Shown: positions 38,114 to 51,350 of the stretch, piece after piece
Layout: every line of letters begins with the position of its first letter
How positions within the stretch are numbered: position 1 is the stretch's first letter
Assembly (NCBI GenBank): GCA_028534125.1
Contig: CM052816.1
Span: forward strand, 88,724,001 to 88,788,000
Origin: Lama glama
Lineage: Eukaryota
Length of the DNA stretch: 64,000 nucleotides
Direction of reading: 5' to 3'
The notes under the pieces: generated by a model
Seen by the model: only the letters and a program-made list of their open reading frames with translations
Told to the model about the DNA's origin: nothing
Databases searched by the model: none
Made by a program: the position numbers and the translations under genes

Positions 38114-38632
38114 TGTACTAGTTTCCCATTGTTGAGTAAACTGACCACACTTGGCAGCTTTAAAAAGCACACCCTTATTGTCTCACAGTTGCCGTGGGTC
38201 AGGAGTCTAACACATTGTAGCTAATCCTCTATTCAAGGCCTCACAAGATGAAAATCAAGATATCAATTGAGTCATCTTTCTTTCTAAATCTTGGGGACAT
38301 CTTCCAGGCTTCTGCTGTTTGTTGGCAGAATTCAGTTCTCTCTGGAAATAGGACCAAGGCCCCCATTTTCCTGCTCTGTCTGCCAGGGGGATGCTTCTGG
38401 CTTCTGGAGGCCACCCACAGTCCCTTGCCACGTGGCTTAGAATATAGCAGCTTATTTATACAAAGCCAACAGGAAAAACTCCCTACAGTCAGCTAAGACC
38501 ACAGCTTATGGAACATAACATAATCACGGGAGTGACTCATCTCCTATTTCCAGATGCATTGTGCACCCAAGGGTGAGCCCTGTAGAACAAGGACAGGAAT
38601 CCTGTGAGTCATGCTGGAATTCTCCCTACCAT
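38114..38632 (-). mobile_element. MaLR solo LTR, MLT1E1-like
   Basis: TCTCACAGTT.C.GTGGGTCAGGAGTCT...TTGGCAGAATTCAGTTC...GAGGCCACCCACAGTCCCTTGCCACGTGG...GAATTCTCCCTACCATA. Confidence 0.8.
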
Positions 38633-41094
38633 ACTGCCCCAATCACATGTTTCAACCACAAGCAGAAAATCCTGGTCCTGAGAAGATACATTTTTGTCAC
38701 AGTCCACAGCCACTGAGCTGGAAAATGGTTACCAGTTACCCTTGAATGAAGCTAAGATTATCATTGCAAGAAGGAGCAGAGGAGTTGAATAATTTCTGAG
38801 AATTTCTAGTGATGGAACAATTTGTGATTAATTCAACCTCTGAACATTAAGCCCAGACTGTCTCTTGATACCATGTTCTCTCACGAGGAGGCATAAACAA
38901 TATCATATAGAAGTTGGCACAATCCCCTCTTACGATTTAATAAACATGTAGCCACAATCCAAAGTGAATTTTAACTATAAAACTCTCTCATAGAAATGAA
39001 ATTATTGACTATATAAAACATTTTTTCGCTTTATTACTCAGTTCTGAAATCTTCACACATTCACCCCAACATTGGTAAATGATTGATAATAATGGAAAAA
39101 TTTGAGAAAAAAAAACATGTTCACAATGCAAAACTTAACCCTCAAAATGAAGAAGATAGCAGTGGACCCACCAAATGACAACTAGGAGAGCAGATAGCAA
39201 GGTCAAAAACAGAGAAATACGTCCTTCAATTTGTTTTTTTTACTTTAACTTCCAATTCATTTGAGGATGTTACAAATGTAACTAGGTCTAGCCAAGGATA
39301 TTTTTATCAGGTGTGATAAATTGAATTTGACCTGCTGGTACCACCCACTGAATACCTAACTTCATGTATTTCAATAACTTTTCTGATAACCAACCACCTG
39401 GGCCACATTTGCAGTCTTTCAGGCTGTCACTTTGGGACATGAATTAGTGTTAGCATACACATAAATCATCGTTGCAAGTCAAGGGGAACTGAAGCAGAGA
39501 GCCGCTGGCTTCTAAATAGTCATATCACCAAATACACTGAGGAGACACATTAATTCAGTCAAAATAAATAGATCCTGCTTCTAACTTATTTAATTTTGAC
39601 TATTTTCTTCTTAGATTCTACCAAAACCGCTGTTCCTAAAATTAAAATCATTGCTGTTGAAAGTAAAGGATTAGCATCATAAACAAATCAAGGCTTGTGA
39701 TAATGAAACTAAAAGAACACGCAATAATGAGGAACTGGCATCTTGAAATACCAACTTACTGAAAAGTGAGAGAGATTATAATTATAGGCTGATGCTTCTA
39801 TATCATTCCTTCTGTGAGCCTTTGAACCAGTCGTTTCGGAGGGATTAGAAACAGTACTAGAAAGAAGGAAATAGCGTCTTATTTATTTCAAGTCATTTAA
39901 AAAATTGTCAAAGTCATTTTGAAAGTTTGTGTTCTTAGGGAGTTTTTTTTTTTTTTAAACAAGAAGTGTACAGAATACTTTTAAATAATAACTTTTACTG
40001 GCTTCCTCAGAAGTTTCTTACTTTACAAACATTATCATAGACTGTCTACATAGTCCCAGTTTATTGTGTTGTCTACCTTCTTTCAAAAACAATCTGTACT
40101 CCGATTTCAGTTTTTATCTAATGAAAATAAAAAATATCCATCAATACATTAAAGTGAGTAAAATTAATTAATCAGTTCTTACTTAATTTTATCATTTTAC
40201 TTAGAAAGATATCATTGGCTCTAAAAGGTGTTGGTGTTTGTCTTTAACTGGGCATATTTAGTTTCAGGTGCCTTTTAATGAAGATCTATTTTAAGAAAAC
40301 ATTTTTAAACTAATGTTTCTACAAGTGAGTATGTCATTTAATCTGAGTTTTGATGAAGTTGGAAGTAAGAAGCTTCCATAAATAAAATACATTATTAAAT
40401 TTTGGACAGGCAAGATATTATAAATAAGAAATAGAATAACAACAATGACATCTAGCTTTCAGATACACTGGACTTCCTAGAGATAAAAAGTAATAATGAA
40501 AATACAATAATAGCCAGATTAAAATTAGGCAGGTACACTGAATTCCCAGATATATTTTTTATCCCCCTTGAGACTTTATGAAAGTAAATATGTGTAAAAG
40601 ATACAGATTCACAGATAAAGAGGGAAAGAAGAAGGAATGTCTGGAGACATAAAGGCAGAAAACAGCAACGTGGTAACAAACTCAGCAGACACCTCTGCTC
40701 TGCATTCAGAATGTGCAGAGGCCGAAGCAAGAGAGAAGGATGATGGTGTCACCCATGCCTGGAGAGGCTGACAATGCCGAGGAGTCAAGCAGGGTCATAA
40801 ACAGGAGCGAAATGTGCAACATACAAATCTGTGTCGAGAACACTCGGTGCACATGCCGACACCAAGACCTGAGAAAAGTGGTTAGTGAGAATGATAGTTA
40901 CTGAGGAAGACGTTAGTTGATATCAAAGAACCAATGGGACATTTGTAAGTAGCCACATTCCAACCCCAGCTTGTATCATGATACTGTTGATGTTTGGGTC
41001 CTCTCCCCCAATCAGTATAAAGTCGTCAAAGGAGCAAGCCCCACCCATAAATAAAGTACATCCGTTAGACAATGTTAGTGCTTCACCCCTAAGT

Positions 41095-41310
41095 CACACA
41101 TTCATTCATTCATTCATTCACTCAATACATAAGTGCATACTCATCACAGCCAACTATTTCAGATAATCAAAATATGTTAGTAATTATGATTGAGACGATC
41201 ACTTCCCTTATGGAACTTACATCCAAGTTGGAGAAGATTGGCAAAAAACACTAGAGATAAATAATTACCTAAAAATAAGTTCTTTGAACAAAGGAAAAAG
41301 TGGGGCAGTA
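41095..41310 (-). mobile_element. L2 3' end with (TTCA)n tail
   Basis: CATTCATTCATTCATTCATTCACTCAA...CTTCCCTTATGGAACTTACATCCAAG. Confidence 0.65.
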
Positions 41311-41344
41311 CAAGAAGTGTTTTAAGTATAAGAAGTGTTTAAAG

Positions 41345-41605
41345 TCTAGGTTTTACGAGACTGAAACCTAGGTGTTGGCAGGGCCTCATCCCTTTCTAGA
41401 GGCTTTTGGGAAGAATCAGCTTCCGTGTTTAATCAGGTCGTTGGCCAATTGCAGTTCTTTGTGGTTGCAAGACTGAAGTGTCCCTTTTCTTGCTGGCTGT
41501 CAGATGCGGTGTCACCCTTGGTTCCTAGCGGCCTGTCCCAGGGGCATGTGGTAGCACCGCCAGTGTTCCCTCCGTCAGCCTGCAGAGCTTGTTACATCAC
41601 TGCCT
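41345..41605 (-). mobile_element. MLT1E-like LTR fragment
   Basis: CTGAAACCTAGGTGTTGGCAGGGC...GTTGGCCAATTGCAGTTCTTTGTGGTTG.AAGACTGAAG. Confidence 0.6.
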
Positions 41606-42112
41606 GAATTTATTTCCTGTTGCTGCCATAATAAATACCACAAATTTAGTGTCTTAAAAAAAATCCCACTAATTTATAATTCTACAGTTCTGTAGGTTAC
41701 AAGTCCAACAGGGATATCATTGGTCTAAAAGGAAGATGTCAATTAGTCTGAATTCCCTTAGAGCAATTCTAGAATAGAATCCATTTCCAATGTCTTTTTC
41801 AGCTGTAGAGGCCACCTGCATTCCTTAGCTCATGGCCCCTTCCTCTGTTTTCAAAGCTGGCAATGGCAGGTGGAGTTACGCTCACATCAGGTTACTCTTA
41901 CTTTCTCTCCTACCTCTTTCTTACTATTAAGGATCCTGTGATGACATTGATCCCACCGAGAGAATCCAGGGTAAAACCTCTATTTTAAAATCAGCAAATT
42001 AGTCACCTGATTGCATCGGTCACCTTGATCCTCTTTCCTATGTAATGCATCATATTCACAAATTCTGTGGGGTGAAGACCTGACATATTAGAAAGCAGTT
42101 TTGTTGGGCACA
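41606..42112 (-). mobile_element. MaLR solo LTR, MLT1D-like
   Basis: TTGCTGCCATAATAAATACCACAAATTTAGTG.CTTAAA...TAGAGGCCACCTGCATTCCTTAGCTCATGGCCCCTTCCTC...AAGGATCCTGTGATGACATTG. Confidence 0.85.
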
Positions 42113-42252
42113 AAACTGAATTAATCCACTATTCCTCTGCCATTCTGAGTTCATAGGCTTGCCTTACTTATTTTAACCCACCAGCTTCATACCAATTTTA
42201 CATTTAAATCTCTCCTACACTCATCTTGAGGAAAGTGTCTGAAACTCTCTAT

Positions 42253-42752
42253 NNNNNNNNNNNNNNNNNNNNNNNNNNNNNNNNNNNNNNNNNNNNNNNN
42301 NNNNNNNNNNNNNNNNNNNNNNNNNNNNNNNNNNNNNNNNNNNNNNNNNNNNNNNNNNNNNNNNNNNNNNNNNNNNNNNNNNNNNNNNNNNNNNNNNNNN
42401 NNNNNNNNNNNNNNNNNNNNNNNNNNNNNNNNNNNNNNNNNNNNNNNNNNNNNNNNNNNNNNNNNNNNNNNNNNNNNNNNNNNNNNNNNNNNNNNNNNNN
42501 NNNNNNNNNNNNNNNNNNNNNNNNNNNNNNNNNNNNNNNNNNNNNNNNNNNNNNNNNNNNNNNNNNNNNNNNNNNNNNNNNNNNNNNNNNNNNNNNNNNN
42601 NNNNNNNNNNNNNNNNNNNNNNNNNNNNNNNNNNNNNNNNNNNNNNNNNNNNNNNNNNNNNNNNNNNNNNNNNNNNNNNNNNNNNNNNNNNNNNNNNNNN
42701 NNNNNNNNNNNNNNNNNNNNNNNNNNNNNNNNNNNNNNNNNNNNNNNNNNNN
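42253..42752. other. Assembly gap (500 N)
   Basis: Run of exactly 500 N. Confidence 1.
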
Positions 42753-42978
42753 AGATCTGACGTAGGTCACTTCTGCTCACAATCTCTTGGCTGGAATTTA
42801 GCAATCCTTAATGTTAGCAGTGGAAGCAGAAAAGTTTAATCCTCTTAGATTTGTGCAACAACAATAGAACCAAAAAATTATGAGCACCAGAATTTTCCAC
42901 AGTACTCATTCTTAGAGACATACATGGCCTTTCCTAACATACCATCACCACCGATAACTTCTAAGACCTGATTTTGGG

Positions 42979-43022
42979 TTGAAACATTTATTCTTTTTTT
43001 TTTTTTTGAAACATTTATTCTT
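42979..43022 (-). mobile_element. Solitary poly(A) insertion flanked by a perfect 15-17 bp TSD
   Basis: (TT)GAAACATTTATTCTT at 42979-42995 and 43006-43022, bridged by a 14-T run (42994-43007). The minus-strand target reads TT|AAGAA. Confidence 0.75.
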
Positions 43023-43413
43023 AAACGTGTTTTCTCTCACCAAGCCTAGTACTGTTTTCTAAATTATCTTGATGCTGCCTCCCATTGGTAGGGCAGCCCT
43101 AGTGTCACACTGGCTAGTTGTACCTCAACTTCATCTCTGTAGCCTCATTCCACTAAATATTTAGATGGCAGAGTGTAGAATTATCTATGATATGATACGA
43201 GTTTTCATGCAGACACTTCTGCGTAGTTTGGCCTCATGACATTCCACTACTTAAAAATACCCTACACTTTTTATTCCCTAATATAGACCTCAGTTGCCAT
43301 GCGTGGAATCTTGAAACACCTATAGAAACATGAAAATTGAAATTTTATTTTTCCCATTTTATTGTACCTTCAGATGTTTATGTTAAGGTACCCAGTGCTA
43401 TTCTCATTCATGA

Positions 43414-43763
43414 TTGCATTAGTTTGAGCTGAGTATTACTGCAAACTTGACTTAAAACAAAATACACTGACTATTTTTGGTTTTGGTGGCAGGAGTCCAG
43501 GCTGGCCTAGCTTGTCCTTGGCTCAGGGTGTCACAGGGAAGCAATCACCATGTTGATCTGGCTGCTCTCTAAGCTAAAACGCCGAGTGGGGAAGAGCACA
43601 CTTGGAAACCCATTCTCATGATTAACAAAGCAGATTGATTTGGGAATATAGCCCAGTCAAAGGCTTGGCATTTATCACGTCTGCTGTATAATGAAACCCA
43701 AGCATAAGTGTGATACCAGGGAATGGAGAGCACGGGGGCTGTCTTAGAAGTTTGCCTACCGCA
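43414..43763 (-). mobile_element. MaLR LTR, MLT1F-like
   Basis: GGCAGGAGTCCAGGCTGGCCTAGCT...GGCTCAGGGTGTCACA...GTGTGATACCAGG...GGGGCTGTCTTAGAAGTTTGCCTACCGCA. Confidence 0.7.
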
Positions 43764-43899
43764 CGGTCCTGTTTTCATCTCCCCACCATGGAGTGTTTTT
43801 GGAATTCGATTTATCTCCACCATTTGAAAAGTCCAGGATTCGGTGTGAGTTGGTTATCACTGATTGTGTGATATTTGTAGTGAGCCCTATCAATCTAGT

Positions 43900-46560
43900 G
43901 ATTATTTTCGTCATTTTTGAAAATTTGTTTATGTATCTTCCCTGATGAATTTCTATGCTGCATCTTTATTCTTTTTTTTAAATTCGCGCTTCCTTATTAT
44001 CTTTTATAATATAATGTGTTCATCTATTTTCAGTGTCTACAATATTTTAAATTTCCAACTACTTTGTTTTCATCTGAGTATTTCTATCTTCTGGCATCTC
44101 TACCTTGTTGCTGAGATGAAATGCCATCTTACATCATTGTGAAAATGTTATTTGTAGTTTGTTTCTTTTTCTCCTTTCTAGTCAAAGCTTCTCTGGGGTC
44201 ACTCAGTAAGTTATTTTGCTTCTGTTAGTTTTAGTCTTTGACTTTTATTTAGAGAATTTCTTCAAATGTTTGGTTTTGTTTGGCTGTCCATTAGTAATCA
44301 AGAGAGAAACACAAAATAATTGATCTGAAGTTTAATGTTTCAGATGGAAACTGTCCAATAGTGGACCTCCCCATAAGATGATATCCCTGGTACCTGGCTT
44401 TCATTCGATCACTTCTAATCACATGGTTGAATCTAATTTAATTGTTTTTAAATCTCTTTGATTTCACCTTCTGCTTCATCTCTCTTGCTTCTGCCAAGAA
44501 TGTTCTATGTTTTTGAGGAATCGCATGATTAGATTGTGCCCATCCATAACAATCTCCTTTTTTTTTGTTTTGTTTTGTTTTAAGGTCCATACCTTAATTG
44601 AATTTGCCAAATCCACTTTTGCATGTGGTATATAACATGTTACCAGGTCCCAGGGATTAGGGCCAGGGCATTCTGAGGAGGCCATTATCCTACTTAACAA
44701 GAGGTTGTTCAGCTTCCCCAGAGAGAAAACTTCTTATCTCCCACCTGTGTTGTGCAAGTCTGGCTGCTGATATTAGTGGCTTAGTGAACAGAGATTTACA
44801 ATTCTAATTAATCTTCTTGCTTTCAATTGAGTATCTAAAACACGTTCAATGTGCCTCCTATCTCTGAATTCACACAGTGTCTGAACCACTTTTTCTGACT
44901 TTTAGCTTCCCATGTTTCCACAGCAGAGGTGCAGCTATCTGGCTGGCTGTTCACTGTAGGACTGAAGATTCCAATGTCTAGGGGCTCCATAGATAAATTT
45001 TCAGCAAAATCACCTGTTGTCGCCCCCCAGAGAGTCTTGCCTCCAGGCACATATTATACCTTTAGTTCCTGAGCCTTTGGAAGATTTGATGATTTTACAC
45101 AAACAGAAATACAAAATGAGTTATCTCTGCCCTGCCGAATCATTTAACCCTCATTTATCTTCTTTCCAGCTTCTAAAACTTTGTTGCTGTCACTTGTTTT
45201 CTGCTGTATCCTCTTCCTATGTATCTTGTCCTTGTCAGTTAATATAGTTTTATTTTATAGACCTTTCTCAAAGGAGAAGAAGAAGAAAGTGGCTATAACT
45301 AAATGCATTCAGAGTTTAAATAAAAGAGTTCATTTGTTTTCGAATTCTCTTGATTTATTTTCATCAGATGGTATAGCTGTTCTAACAAATCTGATACATA
45401 GTTATAGCTCTAATTATTTAATTCTGTTAAAGTTGCTTATAGATATTTTAGCTTATGTTTTCTCCTGAAAATGGGTGGGGTGTGTGTTATGTGTGTGTGT
45501 ATTTGCTGTGTTTTTAACTGAATTTGAATGTTATTACATAAAGAAAGATGAATAAAGGCTGTATCTTATTTCTTCTTTGAAATGCATTGCTGCCTCCTTT
45601 CTGAAATTACATTTTGTTAGTGCTAATTTGAAAGTTATAATTTATTATTATTATTATTATTTCATTTATTAATTTCAAAATACACAATGCTTAGTTCCTA
45701 ATCACACTCCTTTGTTCTCTTGTACCAACTGCACCATAATTCCGTCACATGAGTTTTGTTCAGGACGGCTATGAGTGTGTTTTTTCACTGGTGTCATTCT
45801 TTGGCAGTTGATGTTGTTGCTTATAAATCCTTATACAATATGTAGATCATATTCTAAAACTGCAAATGTAGTTCAATAATAAGAATCCATTAACATTATG
45901 CTTATAAAGAGAAAAACCTCATCATCCCCACAGAATGACAGTAGACATTCTGGAACATGATAATACAATGTTTCAGCACTAGAATCCTAACTCCGCTCAA
46001 GGTAGATCTTGGCAGAGCATCTTCTGATGATCTGCATGTGTGTGTTTATTTTTAATACACCCCTGTGTTTAAAAGGTATATTCTGTTCATAAAGTTCTCT
46101 TGTTCAACGATTTGAACCTATCAGCTGACTTCCTGCATACAGCCTTATTACTATAATATTGGATTAACAACCAGCTTTGTTCTTTTGTGCATTATCAATT
46201 CTTCTCCTTGGATGCTTTTAAAATTTATTTTGTCATCCATATTTCTACATTTTTCTGCAATATGCCTAGATTTATGCATTCTTTTTCTTTAATGTGCTAT
46301 TTAACTGCCTATCAGTCATTTTAGTGTGATGCTATATTCTTAATTTCTGTGAGATGTCCAGTCATTATTTTACTACTGTTTATTTTTCTTTCCTCTGGGG
46401 TCTATTATACGAATAATGACACCTCCCTATAACAGTCTTTAAATATATATAATATAAATATAATCTGTTTGTCTCTATGCCTCTTCTCAATGCTCTTTTC
46501 CATTTTCTAGAACAACTATATTTCTATTTTTATTAATGGGTAGCCTGATGTCTATCTATC
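43900..46560 (-). mobile_element. Highly decayed L1M/HAL1-like sequence with a nested MLT1E-like fragment (about 44455-44700)
   Basis: T-rich + strand with L1-like phrases. The nested piece ATGATTAGATTGTGCCCA...CCAGGGATTAGGGC...GGCCATTATCCTACTTAACA is MaLR-like. Confidence 0.4.
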
Positions 46561-46779
46561 TATTTATCTAAATATGCTTGGAGTGATATGGAAAGTTGGT
46601 ATGCACTGTGTGCTCCTCTGGATGAGATTAAGAGGAAGGAACTGTAAGGTTTTCGAGGTGGTTATCAGGTCACTAACCAAGGCTCTCTTTGACCAACTTC
46701 TTTTACATTGAAACCCCCACCCCAACCCAGTGTTCTCTATTTTATTTTTCATATTTATTTTAATCATTAGTTTTTATTA

Positions 46780-46930
46780 CCATATAACATAGCTTTATTT
46801 ATTTGTTTATTACATTTCATTATGTATTTCTTCCTCATGGACTGTAAGATCCTTGAGGATAGACAGGGTGTTTGTTTCTTTGTTTCTTGTTTCACTATTT
46901 TATCCCCAGCCCTTAGATTGTTGCTCAAAG
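46780..46930 (+). mobile_element. L2 3' fragment
   Basis: GGACTGTAAGATCCTTGAGGATAGA...TTTCACTATTTTATCCCCAGC. Confidence 0.65.
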
Positions 46931-48979
46931 AAGATCTGCTAGTTTTAATATTCAAAGAAACAAATTTACTATACATAAACGAATTAACCATACAATGCTA
47001 TAAGACAGCATTTTAATGAGATTCAAGAATATTTTCTGTATAATAGTTTAAGGCAGCTCATGATCAGAACTTCAGCGTTACCTATAACATTGTTTGGCAT
47101 ATTTTTCCTTTCTCTAAATGAAAGGTGACACATTGATTTAGATCAATAGAAGTAAATTTTTACCTGCTAAAAGCAATATATGGGTATATGTTTTTAAAAA
47201 TTATATATTCACACCAAAAATTGAATCTTTCATATCCTCTCTACACATTTTTTTTGTCAAAATAGATTTCTTATCTTTGCCAAATAACATTTAGCTTAGA
47301 GAATGAATCTGTACTCTTACTTAATTCCTCCAAATTTCTGAGACTTTTCCCTGAAATATTTTTTGTTTGTTTGTTCTGTTTTAATTGTGTAGCAGGAGTT
47401 TTATCATGTAGCGAGGTGAAACAAAAAGACACTGAAATGGACTTAATGTAATTTGGGCACAAATGCTTACCGAAGATTAGAAAGATTAAAATTATGGTTT
47501 ACATATTCTTCCAGCATTTTCTGACATATTTATTTCATCTGAGGAAGGTATTGAAAATGAGTAAAAGTGGCCCATGTATGATTACAATATATTTTAATAT
47601 TTTGATGCCATTCAGGAACTCTTGAACTTACATCACTTAGCTCTTTTTAGTATATGGCAATATTTTAAACATATTGAAAAATACATTCTTAGAATAATAT
47701 CACAAGCACTCACTGCCATTGTTTAACAAATGGTAATGTTCTATCAGGCTCGCTTCATTTCTTTATTTGTAACAGTGAATCAGGATGAGTCCAGTGAAAG
47801 TCCCTTTGTGTTCCTTTACTGTCCCTCTCTCTCAGAGATAAGCAATATCTCAAAGTCAGCACAATTTCTAAATATCCAATGTTTTAAAATTTACGTTATA
47901 TGTGAAAGTTTTCTGTGTTTCAAGAACTGCATGTGTAGCCTTGTACTACGTGCATTGTTCTGGGGAAAAACGCTTCCGCTTGAGGGAAGGATATGAAATG
48001 TTAGTGGGTTTCAGAGGAAACCTCAGTATGTCTTTCTTTACATGTAGTCCTCTTTGTGATACAACAGGGAGATGGTCTGGAGTTGACCCCAGGGATCCCC
48101 TTCTACATTGTTAGAAAATAAAGCAAATGGGAGGATGGAGACAATGAGAGTAGGGGAGGGGAGAATACTTTCCCTCTCTATCTACAAGAGGGGCTGCATC
48201 CAAACTCAGATTTCTGGGAACCAATGGATAATTCCCTCTAACAGGCAGAAAGGGTTCTGAACCTCTCATTGGCCCCTAGGGCTCTAGATGATGGGCAGAT
48301 GTGATTCACACACACTTGATATAAACAGTGTCCCAAATCTAGGTAGTCCTGCCCATAGGCAGTCTATTTGTTTGTTAAAAGATGCTTCTCATAATAAAAT
48401 AAGAAGAGTGAAAAATGGGAGGGATTCCTTCCCAGAACAGAGTTCCCTGGACTCCATCAGCCACTTTGTCTATAAGGAATGGTGGGGGAATCATGATATC
48501 TCTTCATTTCTTGACCTGGACTTATGTTTATTTCCTCAACAAATCCTCTTTAAAAAAAAAAATTCATGCCATGTGTAATGATATAAAACTCATTTCTAGC
48601 TAGGTTGTACAAAAGGTCATATTTTTTCAAAAAGTTATTTTCCTAGCATGGTTGCTCACAACCAGATGGGAAAAATTTATTCCAAGTACTCTCCTCATGG
48701 AAATGGCAGAAGAGCTTAATAAGGTCACTAGAGGTGGAAGACAAGGAAAGGTGTTCCTCAAAGATGCAGAGAAATCCTTTAAGTAAAATTGATGATTGAG
48801 GTCAATCGGGGGTAGAATAGGAGCGAGACACCACGGAACGTGGGTAGATCACTGGGAGAGCTGATGACCGTGATGTCAGTTGCCAGAGCACCCTTGAGAG
48901 GGCAGTTTGCTTAGCTCTAGGAGCAGCTGCTGAAGAGGTAGCTATACCATTAGATTAGCCATGACTGCCCCGAGCAGCT

Positions 48980-49215
48980 GGCCATCCCACTGTCTTCTTG
49001 CTGTTACTAGAAAAATACCAATTCTTTCTGGCCCATTGGCTGCTGAATTCACTCTGCTCTATTGCTCTACATGGCACACTCATTCTCAAACATTGTATCT
49101 TATCTCAAATGCCATATCTTTAGAGAGGCCTTCTCTGAGCATCTTGTCTAAGTGGCCTCTCTGATACTGACCAGTTTATTTCAAAGCACTCAGTAACATC
49201 TGTGATTATTTGAAT
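48980..49215 (+). mobile_element. L2a-like fragment
   Basis: CTCAAATGCCATATCTTTAGAGAGGCCTTCTCTGAGCATCTTGTCTAA. Confidence 0.7.
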
Positions 49216-49409
49216 TACCTGGGATTGAACAATTGATTATATATATAAATATATATATTATATATAAAATTAATGTATATATATAAATTTATGTTTATAC
49301 TGGACATTTATTATCTACTCTATCCAGGGACTCCTCAGTGGGCTGTCATCCCTATTCTACCCTACACTACTACCTTTTCTTGTAGAAAACATTGAAAAAG
49401 CCCCCTCAA

Positions 49410-49628
49410 GATTTTGAGATTTGCAAATGTTAGCCACTATATATGAAAATAGATTAAAAAAAAGTTTCTTCTGTATAACACAGGGAACCATATTCAATAT
49501 CTTGTAATAACCTTTAATGAAAAAGAATACAGAAGTGAATATATGTATGTATATACATGACTGGAACATTGTGCTGTGCACCACAAATTGATACATTGTA
49601 ACTGACTGTACTTCAATTTAAAAAAAGT
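49410..49628 (+). mobile_element. 5'-truncated young L1 3' end with A tail and TSD
   Basis: TGTATAACACAGGGAACCATATTCAATATCTTGTAATAACCTTTAATGAAAAAGAATA...TGTAACTGACTGTACTTCAATTTAAAAAAA. AAAAGCCCCCT(C/T)AA at 49396-49409 and 49629-49642. Confidence 0.9.
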
Positions 49629-50039
49629 AAAAGCCCCCTTAACTATCCTAATATCACATTTATAGATAGTATAACTTATCTGTGCCCAATTTCAAAAATT
49701 AACATGATGCATGAACTATAAAAGAGAAATATAAGGAAAATAAGTAATAACAAAATAATGTATTTAATGTATAAAACATTTCATTTCTCACTGTAGACAA
49801 CAACAGACATATAAAATACAATAAAGGAGGGATACTCCCACACCCAGTGAAAAATCACTAGGATTGTGATAGTAAAAAGCTGATCCAAATATGTTGTACT
49901 GGAATCTCAAACATCATGGTGGTAAATAATACTTGGTAAAGCTTTGAACAAATCAGAGAGCTATCATTTCTCAATTTATTAAGTAATTACAGTTCTAAGA
50001 AAATCTCTACAAAACAAAATGTGTTTCTTGTTTTTCCAT

Positions 50040-51115
50040 GTTTTTTAATTTTTTTTTCAATTGAGATGTATGTTACAAAAGTAAATGGCTAACTTTAATC
50101 CTGTATATCCTCTATATAACATCTTGGAATTTTACCTATGTGTATCCCCTTATATTCTTCCCTCAGGAGAAGATATAAATCATTTCAAGTATCTCAGAAG
50201 ACTCTTTTATGACTCTCTGGAGTCCATATCAGTCCAAATATAACCACTAGTCTGATTCCTAGCATAGATTAGTCCTCTAATCTTTTGTAAATGGCTTATT
50301 TGTTCAGCATTCTACCTATGTGATTTATGTTGTTAAGGGTAGTTGTGGTTTGTCTTTTTTATTGCTATACCATATTCCACTGTACAGATTTGTCACAATA
50401 CATTCACTTGCTGATGGACATTTTGAGTTATTTCCAGTTTTGGCCCTTACACATAATGCTGCTATGAACATTTCTGCACATTTTGGTAGACATCAACACT
50501 CATCTCTTTTTGCTTGAAGAATTTCTGGTTGCTAGAGTATAAATATGCTTAACTTTAGAAGACACTGACAAAATGTTTTCCAAAATGCCTGTGCCAATTT
50601 ACATTCCAAAGCCATGTAACAAATTCTGTTTGTTTAATATTCTGGCTAACATTGAGTGTTGTCAGACTTTTAACTATAGACATTCTGGTGAAGTGTACTA
50701 GTATCTTACTGGGTTTTGACTTTGTTTTTCAATCTGTGGCTTTCCTTTTAACATTCTTAATATCATCACTTGATGAGGAATTCTTAATTTTAATGAAGTC
50801 CAATTCATAATTTTTTAAAGTTTTATTAGTTCTTTTGTTGTTGTAAAATTTTTAGAATTCTTTGCATATCCCAAAATTATGAAAATACTCTTGTATGTTT
50901 TAATATGAAACCATTATTTTAACTTTAACATCTATATTTATAATTCATCATAACTGAATTGTTCTGTGCTGTGTCATTTTTATATGGGTTTCCCAATATT
51001 GACCTAGCAATATTTATTGTAAAGACTATTCTTTCCCTAGAGAATCATTTCTCCATTCTGTTGTTGATCTATCCTTGAACCAATGCCACTCATTCGATTT
51101 GGATACCTTTAAAAA
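50040..51115 (-). mobile_element. Old L1 (L1ME/MC-type) 3' region
   Basis: TTGCTGATGGACATTTTGAGTTATTTCCAGTTTTGGC...ATAATGCTGCTATGAACATT; TTCTTAATTTTAATGAAGTCCAATT. Confidence 0.85.
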
Positions 51116-51140
51116 AATACAGAACAAAAGACATAACTAA

Positions 51141-51350
51141 TGTAAGGGAAAAAAATAATTTTCCCTCTACTCTCCTAGGTTCTTAGCTGAGACCTCCCTG
51201 TAAAAAAAGGCAGATTAATAGGAGAAAAGCAGACTTTTTTTTTTTTTTTCCTTTTAACATGAATACCTCGTCTTCAGGAGAGAGACCCAGGAAAACTGAG
51301 TAACTCTCTGAAATGGCCCAAGCCGTCGCCTCAAATACAATCTCCAGTGA
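51141..51350. mobile_element. ERV1 LTR fragment (MER34-like)
   Basis: TGTAAGGGAAAAAAATAATTTTCCCTCTAC.CT.CTAGGTTCTTAGCTGAGAC...CAGATTAATAGGAGAAAA. Confidence 0.55.

Noticed and set aside
41312..41348. Short tandem duplication (AAGAAGTGTTT.AAGT x2), with similar cases near 2163, 16441 and 37038
   Set aside because: Ordinary slippage microduplications with no sign of function.
42187..42804. 173-205 aa ORFs
   Set aside because: Artefacts of translating through the second 500-N gap.
48892..48905. CTCF-like site CCTTGAGAGGGCAG
   Set aside because: Three mismatches in the 5' half of the core consensus; not distinguishable from chance without a PWM score.
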